Shown here in pieces: positions 23,701 through 32,663 of a stretch of 64,000 nucleotides of DNA. The DNA is from Cyanidioschyzon merolae. Taxonomy: Eukaryota. The notes under the pieces were generated by a model that saw nothing but the letters and a program-made list of their open reading frames with translations, ran no database searches and had not been told where the DNA came from. The DNA lies in assembly GCA_000091205.1 (NCBI GenBank), contig AP006483.2. One strand, written 5' to 3'. The stretch's first letter is position 1. Each line of letters begins with the position of its first letter. The position numbers were made by a program, and so were the translations under genes.

Positions 23701-25603
23701 GGAGCCACCAAGTGCTTCGACGACGGACATGGTGTTGAACGGTCCAGTGCATTTCGCGAGTGGTACGCTACCAAACCACTGAATTGCCCCTGAAGCTAAT
23801 GCTGGCGAAATGCGCATTTGTCCCTTTCTTAAAAACAGCGGTTGCCCTGGTCGAGTACCCCATTCTCCCGAACCGAGTCGCATCGAGTGAAACGAAAATC
23901 CACGCTTCCTGGAATGAACGTTCGCGTTTCAGTGCGAAACTGACAGCGTGTTGTTCGACGCGCGACTCCCTCGCGTAGAGGCGTACGTCTGTTGCGTTAT
24001 CCATCGGTGTCACACCGCTGACATTCGAGTCAACGATACGAAATCTTTGCATCCTATTGTCTCTTTGGTAGTATTTCTTAGAGAATCAGTCATTGGAATG
24101 GACTGACGAGGTGGTCAGTCATGTGCATGGAGCTCTACATATTCTAGTCTGGGTGCCAAACGTCTAGGATGGAGGCAATGAGAAAGCCGGTGTATTCCCC
24201 CGCATCCACTAGAATGACGGACTTGTCAAATTGATGCCGATTTTCGATTGACAACAATGACATTCTAGAATCTTTGCGTGACGTTTCCCCAATGTACAAC
24301 GTGCATTCCCATGCTCGAATACCTGGGCGAAAAGCAAAACAAATACAAAAAAGGCGCCCTGATACTGGTATTCCGGAATTCGATGCCCATTCACTCACGT
24401 GAGCCGCAGGCGTACCCCGAGAGGCGACGGCAAAACAATTCCAGGGTCTGAATGCACCATAGTTTTGCTCCTTTCGAAGCTGCAATCATCCGATTACATA
24501 TCCTATTCGAAGACGCGACTGCACAGTGATGGCAAAGCGAAGCAGCCCCCGAGTCTCTGATGCGCTCCCCCGTAGTGCATCTGGTGCTGCCTTTCGCGTC
24601 TCGGTTTCCAGCATGTGCAACACCAACAACACCAACAACAATACTATGGTAAAAGCGTTTGCTGGCTCGCTCACTTGTACTTAGTTGTTCCATAGCAGTC
24701 CATTCAAACGTCTCGTCGCCAAACGCAGCAAGCCCGAGACACGAGCGACCACGGAACTAGTCCACAGGGAACCGGTTTCACGTCTGGTGAAAGCGTCACC
24801 AGTGGCAGCTAGCGCCAAGGGGGTAATTGATGCAGTGCCTTGCACTGCTCCACGCTCTAGTCGTATGCGGCTCAGAACGTGACTTGCACACCACAAACCA
24901 ATCGGGTAAAGAAGGCTTGCACGGTGGCGCGCATCTCCGTGACTTGTCTCGGAGCACGGACTTTTTCAGTACGCTTGCGAGTAGGATCACGTGCCGGCCA
25001 GCGTCGTACTCTCCGTGCCTGGTCAACAGGAACGCGCTCCAGCAGCGATCAAGACGCCCGAGGCCCGCTTACCGAATACCTCGCTAGCGAGTTGCGGCAC
25101 CAGGTTCCCCGAACCTGCGATCAGGGCTTTGAACCGGAAATGTCTCCCTAATGGCATCAAACTCCCGTTAGGATACCGCAACCGAATTTCTACAAGGTCA
25201 GAAAACTTTCACCCTAACCACCACTGGCGAACTAGCTGTCCAGTCACTGGAGCATACGGCACCGCACCGTGCAGACCAGCGAGTAGTTTGCACCTAGTTC
25301 CGGGAGGCAAGCACAGGAACCGACGCTACAGATGCCGCTCGTTCCCGAGCTTTCTCGAATCCAGGCCCTATGAACACTGTCCCACACCGTGCATCGGTCA
25401 GTGCACTCCCTATGCAACAGCAGTCTCTGACTGCATTCCAGTGAAGTTGCGGACTTGTCGGTTATCGTACGACGTTCGCTGGCGGTATCGACACGGGGCG
25501 GTGCTGCGTTGCGAACGCTTCAACGCAGTGCCCGACAGCGTTCCAGCTAGGGGTTTTCTCATCGGTTCGGGTTTCAATCGACGACTTTTGTTACGAGCGC
25601 GTT

Positions 25604-28204
25604 GTGCATACGCCGAGAGTCGTAGACCTGCGTACACACAACGAGCACCGCTGCGTCACCGCGGACTGCGAGGAGGCAACGAGGCCTTGCAGGGACCGGG
25701 GGAAGCCCCAGGCCTCAGTCGCCGGCCCAGCAGCGGTACGCTTCGCTCGGGACACACTGGGCACCTGGACTTTGGATGAGGAAATGCCAGCCGAAGAACA
25801 GCACTACTCTTTACATGGACAACTTCCAGGCTCAGTGATGAGCTACGTCTTTCAGCTGGCCGGGGACGCCCTCACAGCGAACCCAGCTGTTCCGCTGCAC
25901 CGCTATGTGCTCGCAGCACAGCGACTCATGCGTGAAGCTGACCGCCAAGGTGCGATGGGCAACCTCCTCATACGGTCAGTCTTACTGGTGCGTTTCGTTC
26001 AGCTCGTTACCAAGACGATGCCGCAGCACCCGGCCTGGTCACAGGAACCAAACCGAGCACTCCGCGAAGCGCTTCGACAGGACGCCAGAGAGGTGCTCAA
26101 CGACCTCGAGCAACTTCGTGCGACGCTGACGGCACAGTGGAATGAAAGCGCCACCGCACCGTCACACACAGAGGTGATGTGTGCGGTTTCAGACACACAC
26201 GCTACCGCAGACAAGCTCGCCGAGGATGAGCAGGCATGCACTGCGGCATCGTCGTCGTCGTCGTTGTTGCCACCAGCACCAGCACCAGCACCAGCACCAG
26301 CACCAGCACCAGCACCAGCACCAGCACCACCATCTACTACTACTACTCCTCCTCCTCCTGTAGCAGTGAATGGATACCAGCAGTCGGGAATCGATGGAAG
26401 CATCGGTGCCGCGGCGGGTGCGGCAGCCCGTGCAGCAGCGCTTCTTGCATCTGGTCAATGTGAACAGGGCAATGACGAACAAACAGTGTCAACAGCGGTA
26501 CTGCCGGGGGTTCCTGCAAACCACAGAGCGCACGTGAGCGCACAGGCACCGGGGATTGCTCAACAAGGCGACCCGAGCTGGTTCGAAACACCCCGGGGAC
26601 GTGCCTACACGGAGCAGCAGTTGCGAAGCCTCATGTCACGCACCCACTTCATTCGCGACATGTTTTGTGAGACCTGGCACGTTGACCCAGAAGAACGAAA
26701 GCAGCGGATGATCTTTTACCTCCTACAACATGCGGATATTCCACCGCATGGCGCAGCGCTGGAAGTCGCGGGTACGATCCTGAACGAGTATCTCTTGGTC
26801 ACAGATTCGCCACGATTGCCTGGACCAGCAAACCCTGGCCCTGGTGGCACAACAGGCTGTCGAAGCGCACTGGAGCAGACGACCTCACAGATTGGTGTCG
26901 ACGACAAGTACCGTGGATCGCTCGCCACAGGAGCACCGCTGCCCCACGGCCTGCTCAACAGACATCCCCGAGCACGTGGCGGTGCAGCGCCAGCCCTGCA
27001 GCGCGATCATCATGAGCTGCCACAGGCGGACGTCAACGCCGTAGTCGAGCGCCCTCGGCACTCTCTGAACCGAATGCAAGTCTTCGCGGATGGCGACACG
27101 AATCAGCACAGCGCTGCAACGGAAACGGCAAGTTTCAGCACGGCCTTCAGCATGCAGTGGTCGATCGATTTCAATGACGTGATTGTTGGACCGAAGATCG
27201 GCTCTGGGGGTTACGGTGAGGTCTTCGTGGGCAGGTACCGAGACCAGCTGGTAGCTATTAAGCATCTCCAGCCGGTGGATGGGGTCGACTCCGCGCAGCT
27301 GCTGCGCTCCTTCCAGGACGAAATGATGCTGATGAGCAAACTTTCGCATCCTAATATTGTCCGTTTTATCGGAGCCTGTATCACGCCTCCGAATCTTTGC
27401 ATCCTGAGCGAATACGTACATGGAGGCACGCTGTATCGCTTACTCCAGAAACGTCGCCAGAGACGACTTGATCCGAATACGGGTGAACCCACCGGCGAGA
27501 CCGTGGTGACGAGTCATCTGCCCTGGTGTGGGATTCTACGCATTGCCCTGGGAATAGCGCGTGGGATGCGGTACCTGCACGCGCAGAGGCCTATAGTCGT
27601 GCACCGGGACCTCAAGTCTCCGAATTGCTTGGTGTTCTCGGCGACCAGTACAATACAGGATGAAGGTGCCGGGGACACGAACGCGGTGCAACGTTCGGCG
27701 CTATCGTCGCCGCAGGCCACCGTGCAGGTGTATGGCGGTCCGATTCGTTCGGATGAGGATTTTGCGGAAATTGATGTGAAGCTCATTGACTTTGGACTCA
27801 GCAGGACGCAGCTCAGGTCGTATATTTCGACCGGAATCGCGGGAACTCCCGAATGGATGGCTCCCGAGGTCATTCGCCAGGACCGGGTCAGTGAGAGCGC
27901 TGATATATTCTCCTTCGGTGTTATACTGTGGGAGCTGGTGACTGGACGCAAGCCCTGGGAGCATCTGACGCAGACCCAGGTAGTCTATCGAGTCGGTTAC
28001 CTGGAAGAGGTGCTTCCGATGCCGCCGGAGACGCACCCGAGCCTGCAAGCGCTCTATGCAGCGGCTTCACAAATGAACCCCGCTAGTCGACCAAAGTTCA
28101 CAGACATCGTTTCGAAACTGGAGCAGCTTTGTAGAGAGAGTGGTGTCTGCACGGAAACCGGTGAGCAACTGATGCGTCGTCGCCAGTTTCAGGAAATGAC
28201 GTGA
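25604..28204 (+). CDS. Protein kinase, TKL / Raf- or MAP3K-like Ser/Thr kinase. The N-terminal region is long, and a ~40-aa insert sits between the catalytic loop and DFG.
   Basis: The kinase motifs are IGSGGYGEVFVGRY, VAIKHL, HPNIVRFIGAC, HRDLKSPNCLV, IDFGLSR, GTPEWMAPEV and ILWELVTGRKPW. A (PA)n tract is encoded by a CACCAG hexamer repeat, and poly-Ser and poly-Thr runs sit upstream. Which Met in the first ~200 nt is the true start is unclear. Confidence 0.88.
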   Translation: MHTPRVVDLRTHNEHRCVTADCEEATRPCRDRGKPQASVAGPAAVRFARDTLGTWTLDEEMPAEEQHYSLHGQLPGSVMSYVFQLAGDALTANPAVPLHRYVLAAQRLMREADRQGAMGNLLIRSVLLVRFVQLVTKTMPQHPAWSQEPNRALREALRQDAREVLNDLEQLRATLTAQWNESATAPSHTEVMCAVSDTHATADKLAEDEQACTAASSSSSLLPPAPAPAPAPAPAPAPAPAPPSTTTTPPPPVAVNGYQQSGIDGSIGAAAGAAARAAALLASGQCEQGNDEQTVSTAVLPGVPANHRAHVSAQAPGIAQQGDPSWFETPRGRAYTEQQLRSLMSRTHFIRDMFCETWHVDPEERKQRMIFYLLQHADIPPHGAALEVAGTILNEYLLVTDSPRLPGPANPGPGGTTGCRSALEQTTSQIGVDDKYRGSLATGAPLPHGLLNRHPRARGGAAPALQRDHHELPQADVNAVVERPRHSLNRMQVFADGDTNQHSAATETASFSTAFSMQWSIDFNDVIVGPKIGSGGYGEVFVGRYRDQLVAIKHLQPVDGVDSAQLLRSFQDEMMLMSKLSHPNIVRFIGACITPPNLCILSEYVHGGTLYRLLQKRRQRRLDPNTGEPTGETVVTSHLPWCGILRIALGIARGMRYLHAQRPIVVHRDLKSPNCLVFSATSTIQDEGAGDTNAVQRSALSSPQATVQVYGGPIRSDEDFAEIDVKLIDFGLSRTQLRSYISTGIAGTPEWMAPEVIRQDRVSESADIFSFGVILWELVTGRKPWEHLTQTQVVYRVGYLEEVLPMPPETHPSLQALYAAASQMNPASRPKFTDIVSKLEQLCRESGVCTETGEQLMRRRQFQEMT
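26249..26345 (+). repeat. Compound coding microsatellite. It runs (GTC)5, then (CACCAG)~10, then (ACT/CCT) runs.
   Basis: This is direct sequence: gtcgtcgtcgtcgtt...caccagcaccagcaccag...ctactactactcctcctcct. It encodes SSSS-(PA)n-TTTPPP inside the kinase N-terminal region. Confidence 0.9.
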
Positions 28205-28814
28205 GTCGAACGAGTCGACTGAGTGCCAGCGCTCTGGGCCCGAGTCCTTTGACGGAGCATCATTGCTTTGAATCTGAGCGGGTCCTGATTCCAAACACGC
28301 GGTTTGCAGGAAACCCGGGCTTCCGTCGTACGACGGCGGGTGAACTCGCTGCATCTGAGCATCTGTTGACACCATCGTGCAGATCATTGGGGAATCATGT
28401 GATGAACGCGGTCAGCCGATGAACGCAGTTTCCTTTTCGTTCGCCGGGGTGTGCCTCGAGCATTTCCTCTGTGACCCGGAGGCGAGACTGCGTACGGACT
28501 GGGATTTCGCAACACACACAGAGGCCTGGAGGCCTCGTCTCGATATGCCCCAACGAATCGCTCAATGGTGCTGTTGGCGGGAATGGATGCTAGCGCGGCA
28601 GTTGGACAAGCGAGCAGCGTGCTATCTCCCAGACGTAATCACGAAACCAGTTGGACGTCCCGGATATCCAGATGCCAGTTCCGAATGCATCAACCAAAGG
28701 TTCTGTCTTCGTCTGGAACGCGAAGCGGCATCGGGACATACGCTCAAACAGCGTGGAGTGTAACGCAGTGGCCTGCAAACGCGCGCTTCTGCACCTGCGC
28801 TCCAGCGCAAGTCC

Positions 28815-29243
28815 ACGTGAGCACTAACCCGAAGTTTCAGATGTATGGTCATCTCCGGACGAGCGTGTACGCTTGATGCGAAGCTTTGGATCAGGAACAG
28901 AGTGCGCTTCGCTCGTCTACAGTGGTACAAGTGAGACTCGCGGAACACATCGGAGTCCACGTGAGCACTAACCAGAAGTTTCAGATGCATAGTCATCTCC
29001 GGACGAGCGTGTACGCTTGATGCGAAGCTTTGGATCAGGAACAGAGTGCGCTTCGCTCGTCTACAGTGGTACAAGTGAGACTCGCGGAACACATCGGAGT
29101 CCACGTGAGCACTAACCCGAAGTTTCAGATGTATGGTCATCTCCGGACGAGCGTGTACGCTTGATGCGAAGCTTTGGATCAGGAACAGAGTGCGCTTCGC
29201 TCGTCTACAGTGGTACAAGTGAGACTCGCGGAACACATCGGAG
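28815..29243. repeat. Tandem satellite of a 143-144 bp unit, about 3 copies
   Basis: The unit CACGTGAGCACTAACC(C/A)GAAGTTTCAGATG(T/C)ATGGTCATCTCCGGACGAGCGTGTACGCTTGATGCGAAGCTTTGGATCAGGAACAGAGTGCGCTTCGCTCGTCTACAGTGGTACAAGTGAGACTCGCGGAACACATCGGAGTC recurs at 28815, 28958 and 29102. The antisense ORF 28622..29236 shows a three-fold internal protein repeat as a result. Confidence 0.9.
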
Positions 29244-30488
29244 CGCGGGCGATGCCCTAAGCGGTGCTCCCCATGGCGCCGCTGGTGTTTTGTCTGCAGA
29301 ATCCGTTAGAAACAAGCGTAGCACGTTCTTGAGTGCACATTCAGAGGCATCTGCAAGGACGTTGTTGGCATCGTCATTCTACATCTTGCTCGCTCGCTGG
29401 ACAGACTTTCAGGTGCGATCCAGGATGCACGGTTCCGTTCTGGGGCTGCATCCTCGGCATAACCATGGCTCCCAGACAGCAACGAGCGAAGCTCTGAACG
29501 GGCATATGGACATTAGCGCTCGTTATGCGCTCTCCACTGGTGCTTTCGATCGGTCCCCTGGTGACGCACCATTGACGACGCTAACCAGAATACGCTTGTC
29601 GCCATCGATGACTCATTGCTGGTCCGGAATCACCGCTCACCGAACGCGAATACGCTGTATCCACACCAGATGATCAGCGTGACGGCCAGGAACTGGGTCA
29701 TGCTCGGCAGTATCGTTTCAATCACGCTCAGCTGTTTTGAGTCGCAGCATCTTCGAATTGCGACGTAGGGCTGTCTTTATGTACTGACTCGATTCACACA
29801 AGTTGCAAACAGGAAGAAGATGAAATGTTTGCTTCGCCAAATAGTAGTAAAACGCCTTTCTATTGTGGTGAATGTCCAGGCAATACGCTAGTTCGTCGAA
29901 GTTTCCTTTGATGCCTGTTTCGGTCACGTTGGCTGCTCACCGGAGGCCAGCACGGTACCGTCCGAAGCGACGCCGAGCACCAGCGGTGCCGCTCTACGCG
30001 TTACCAACCGGCTGTTCGTCGTGGACTTGCACGCGAACATGCCACGTGATCTGGAACTTGAACGCGTTCAGCGCTTCATAGCTGACACGCGAACATCAGC
30101 ACCGATCAGCTGTGTTGTCTATGCGGAAAGAACAGGCTATCGATCGGTACGCTCGAGCTGCGGCACCCTCGAAGCCAGTGAGTGCTCAGCGCGTCCGCAG
30201 GGGCCGCCTCTCAGCACGGGTGTGCTCCATCGCTGATCCCCAGGCACATATAACCTGAACAAAAGCAGCACTTCTAGCGTCTACTCTTGTATTGATGGGT
30301 GTTCCGTCTTGAGCAGTGAGCGTCGTCACGAGCCCCTAACACAACCTGGTGAAGACGACGTTCCGCAGCGTTCGCAGGTCCCTGGAGGCGTCCCGCAGAA
30401 GCCAGCGTGCGTCCCGACAAGCAGAAACGCCTCCTGGGTCTTTGTTCGACTTTTGCAGGAGGTTGCCAGGCCTCGTTGAACGGGGGCG

Positions 30489-31949
30489 ATGTTCTGTTTG
30501 ACGAGCGCCCATCCAGGTACACAATGGGTACCTCAGTCTATACAAGCGTGTCCTGGACAACAACCTCGGAGAAGAGCGCCGTGTAGAGAGCGCATCGCTG
30601 GACTGGTTGTGAGGCCCCAGCCGCAGCGGCAAGCGGTTGCCACGGTGCTACGAGCCGCTTCCCGTGGAGCATTCACCGGTCCGGGGTTAACTGAATGCAC
30701 CTTCCTGGTGCATTCATTGAACGTCACCAACGTCCAACAGCGAAATCGAACTGCGTCACGAGCGTCCGCCAACACGTGCCGGTGTTGTACCGGTGCCGTA
30801 GAGCCTGTCGACGAGCCGAGCGCCCGTCGTGATGAGCCCAAGCGCTCACCGGGAACACCACCTTTCACTGACGCTCTGCGTACGCGTAGCTTTCTTGGTC
30901 TATCGTCGCTGACACTAGCCCGGCTTGCACTTGTTGGTACAACGCTGGTCTGGGCTGCGAACAACGTCCTGGTGAAGAAGCTCTATCGACTCGGCTTGCA
31001 GCCGGGCATGGTTACAGCAGTGCGGTTTTCGCTTTCGGCTTTGGTCTTGTCGCCGTTTGCAACCTGGCAGGCTTTGCGACCTGCCCTCGGCCTATCTATG
31101 ACCTCTTTTGCTGGCAATGCTTCCTTAGCGCTTTCACTTCGATTCACGAGCACGGGCAGGGCCTCATTCTTCGCAGCGATGTCGGTCGCTGTGACGCCGT
31201 TGTTAGAGTTGCTGCTCTACGGCAGTCCACTTCGCCCAGGTTTCCTGACAGCGTCTTCGCTCTGCGTCATTGGTGTTTTCCTCATGTCCAGGGAAAGTCT
31301 GCTGCAAGTCCGACTTGGACAGCAGACAGGCCTCGCCAGCGAGACTGGGGCTGGGCTCGCCTCCTGCGGTGCGCTCCGCGGAGACATGCTGGCGCTCTTG
31401 GCGGCTTTTTGGTTCGCACTCTATAACGTTCGACTCAGTCGAGAAGCGCCAAAGCACCGCACGGAAGCATTGAGTTCCTCACTTCGAGTCTGGACGGCTT
31501 GTTTCTCGACAATCTGGGCCTGTTTCGAGATTGTGCTTGGCAAGCATGCAGCACCCACAGGAGCGCATTCCTCCGCTAAGGTCACTGTCGACGGCGGTTC
31601 TGGTGCTCTGCTCGCTACCTTGAGTATCATTCGCGAAGCGGTGCGTTCCCTGTTTACCCGCCTCCATCAAGGTGGAATCACAGCTTACCTCGGCCTAGCT
31701 GCGCTAGCAGTGCTCGTGATTGTTGGCGCCTACTTTCAGGTCTATGGGCAGCAGCGCATCTCAAGTCAAGAGGCAGCGGTGCTGTATACATTGAATCCCA
31801 TATGGGCTGGATTGGCAGGGTATCTGTTTCTGGCGGAGACCTTCACTTTGGAGCAGGGGCTGGGCGGCCTATGCATTCTGTTCGGCTGCCTTGCTGCACG
31901 ACGGCAGCAGCAGCAGCGCTCGCCTGTGACGAGCATTCCCAGAAAGTAA
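30489..31949 (+). CDS. Multi-pass membrane transporter of the EamA / drug-metabolite transporter (DMT) superfamily
   Basis: The 486-aa ORF carries two blocks of hydrophobic helices in the second half. The EamA-like segments are LVGTTLVWAANNVLVKKLY and YLFLAETFTLEQGLGGLCILFGCL. The first ~130 codons are Arg/Pro-rich and may be 5' leader, so the start is uncertain. Confidence 0.65.
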   Translation: MFCLTSAHPGTQWVPQSIQACPGQQPRRRAPCRERIAGLVVRPQPQRQAVATVLRAASRGAFTGPGLTECTFLVHSLNVTNVQQRNRTASRASANTCRCCTGAVEPVDEPSARRDEPKRSPGTPPFTDALRTRSFLGLSSLTLARLALVGTTLVWAANNVLVKKLYRLGLQPGMVTAVRFSLSALVLSPFATWQALRPALGLSMTSFAGNASLALSLRFTSTGRASFFAAMSVAVTPLLELLLYGSPLRPGFLTASSLCVIGVFLMSRESLLQVRLGQQTGLASETGAGLASCGALRGDMLALLAAFWFALYNVRLSREAPKHRTEALSSSLRVWTACFSTIWACFEIVLGKHAAPTGAHSSAKVTVDGGSGALLATLSIIREAVRSLFTRLHQGGITAYLGLAALAVLVIVGAYFQVYGQQRISSQEAAVLYTLNPIWAGLAGYLFLAETFTLEQGLGGLCILFGCLAARRQQQQRSPVTSIPRK

Positions 31950-32663
31950 ACGCTGAACGACTGCATGCTCCGTTCTTGGTCAACGTTAGTATTACTATTG
32001 TTGTTGTTGTTGTCGTAGCAGCAGCAGCAGCAGCGCCGCTCGCCTAGTCCACGTATTCCGATAAAGTCAACGCTTCGCAACTCTACCCTGCGCCCGTGCG
32101 TAACCGGGTTGCTGCAGCAACAGCGGCAGCAACAACTGGCAATGCCACGCGCTCGAACGTGGCGAGGCAGTTCTGTTCCCGATGAAACGTATGAGCGACA
32201 CACACTGCTATACTGGAAAGTTGCGTTTATGTCGCAGCCGTGCGTTGGTCCTCGGAATGCCGTCGTAGGCGACGCCCTCAGACAACACTCGGGACGATGT
32301 CGTACGAACCAGTGAACAGCACTGCTCGATGCTGAGACAACGACTGATTCGGAACAGTACGTCTATCGCATGCGCTGTGTGGAACGGGTAACTGGAATCT
32401 CCAGTTGGAGTGCGCTTCTCTGTGTGTCATCGCTTTGGAAGTTTTGGGAACAAGGCTCTATGCATGCCTCTCCCTGGACATTTTTTCGACGCACAGGTGC
32501 TTTCGATACCCGACACACTACTGTGGAGCACGTTAGTCGCATCCTCAGGGCTCGGGGCCGCACATGTGAACGTGCCCAGGTCGCTTGCCACTCCTACGGG
32601 TTGCATCGTTCCTCTGCTTGCCAGTCAGAAGAAGTAGCCTTCGCTCGGCTGGGTCAACTTGAA

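Noticed and set aside
24991-25779. A 262-aa ORF overlapping the 5' end of the kinase gene in another frame
   Set aside because: It is Arg/Pro/Cys-rich with no motif. It probably reflects the 5' UTR or alternative-frame noise. The kinase frame is supported by strong homology.
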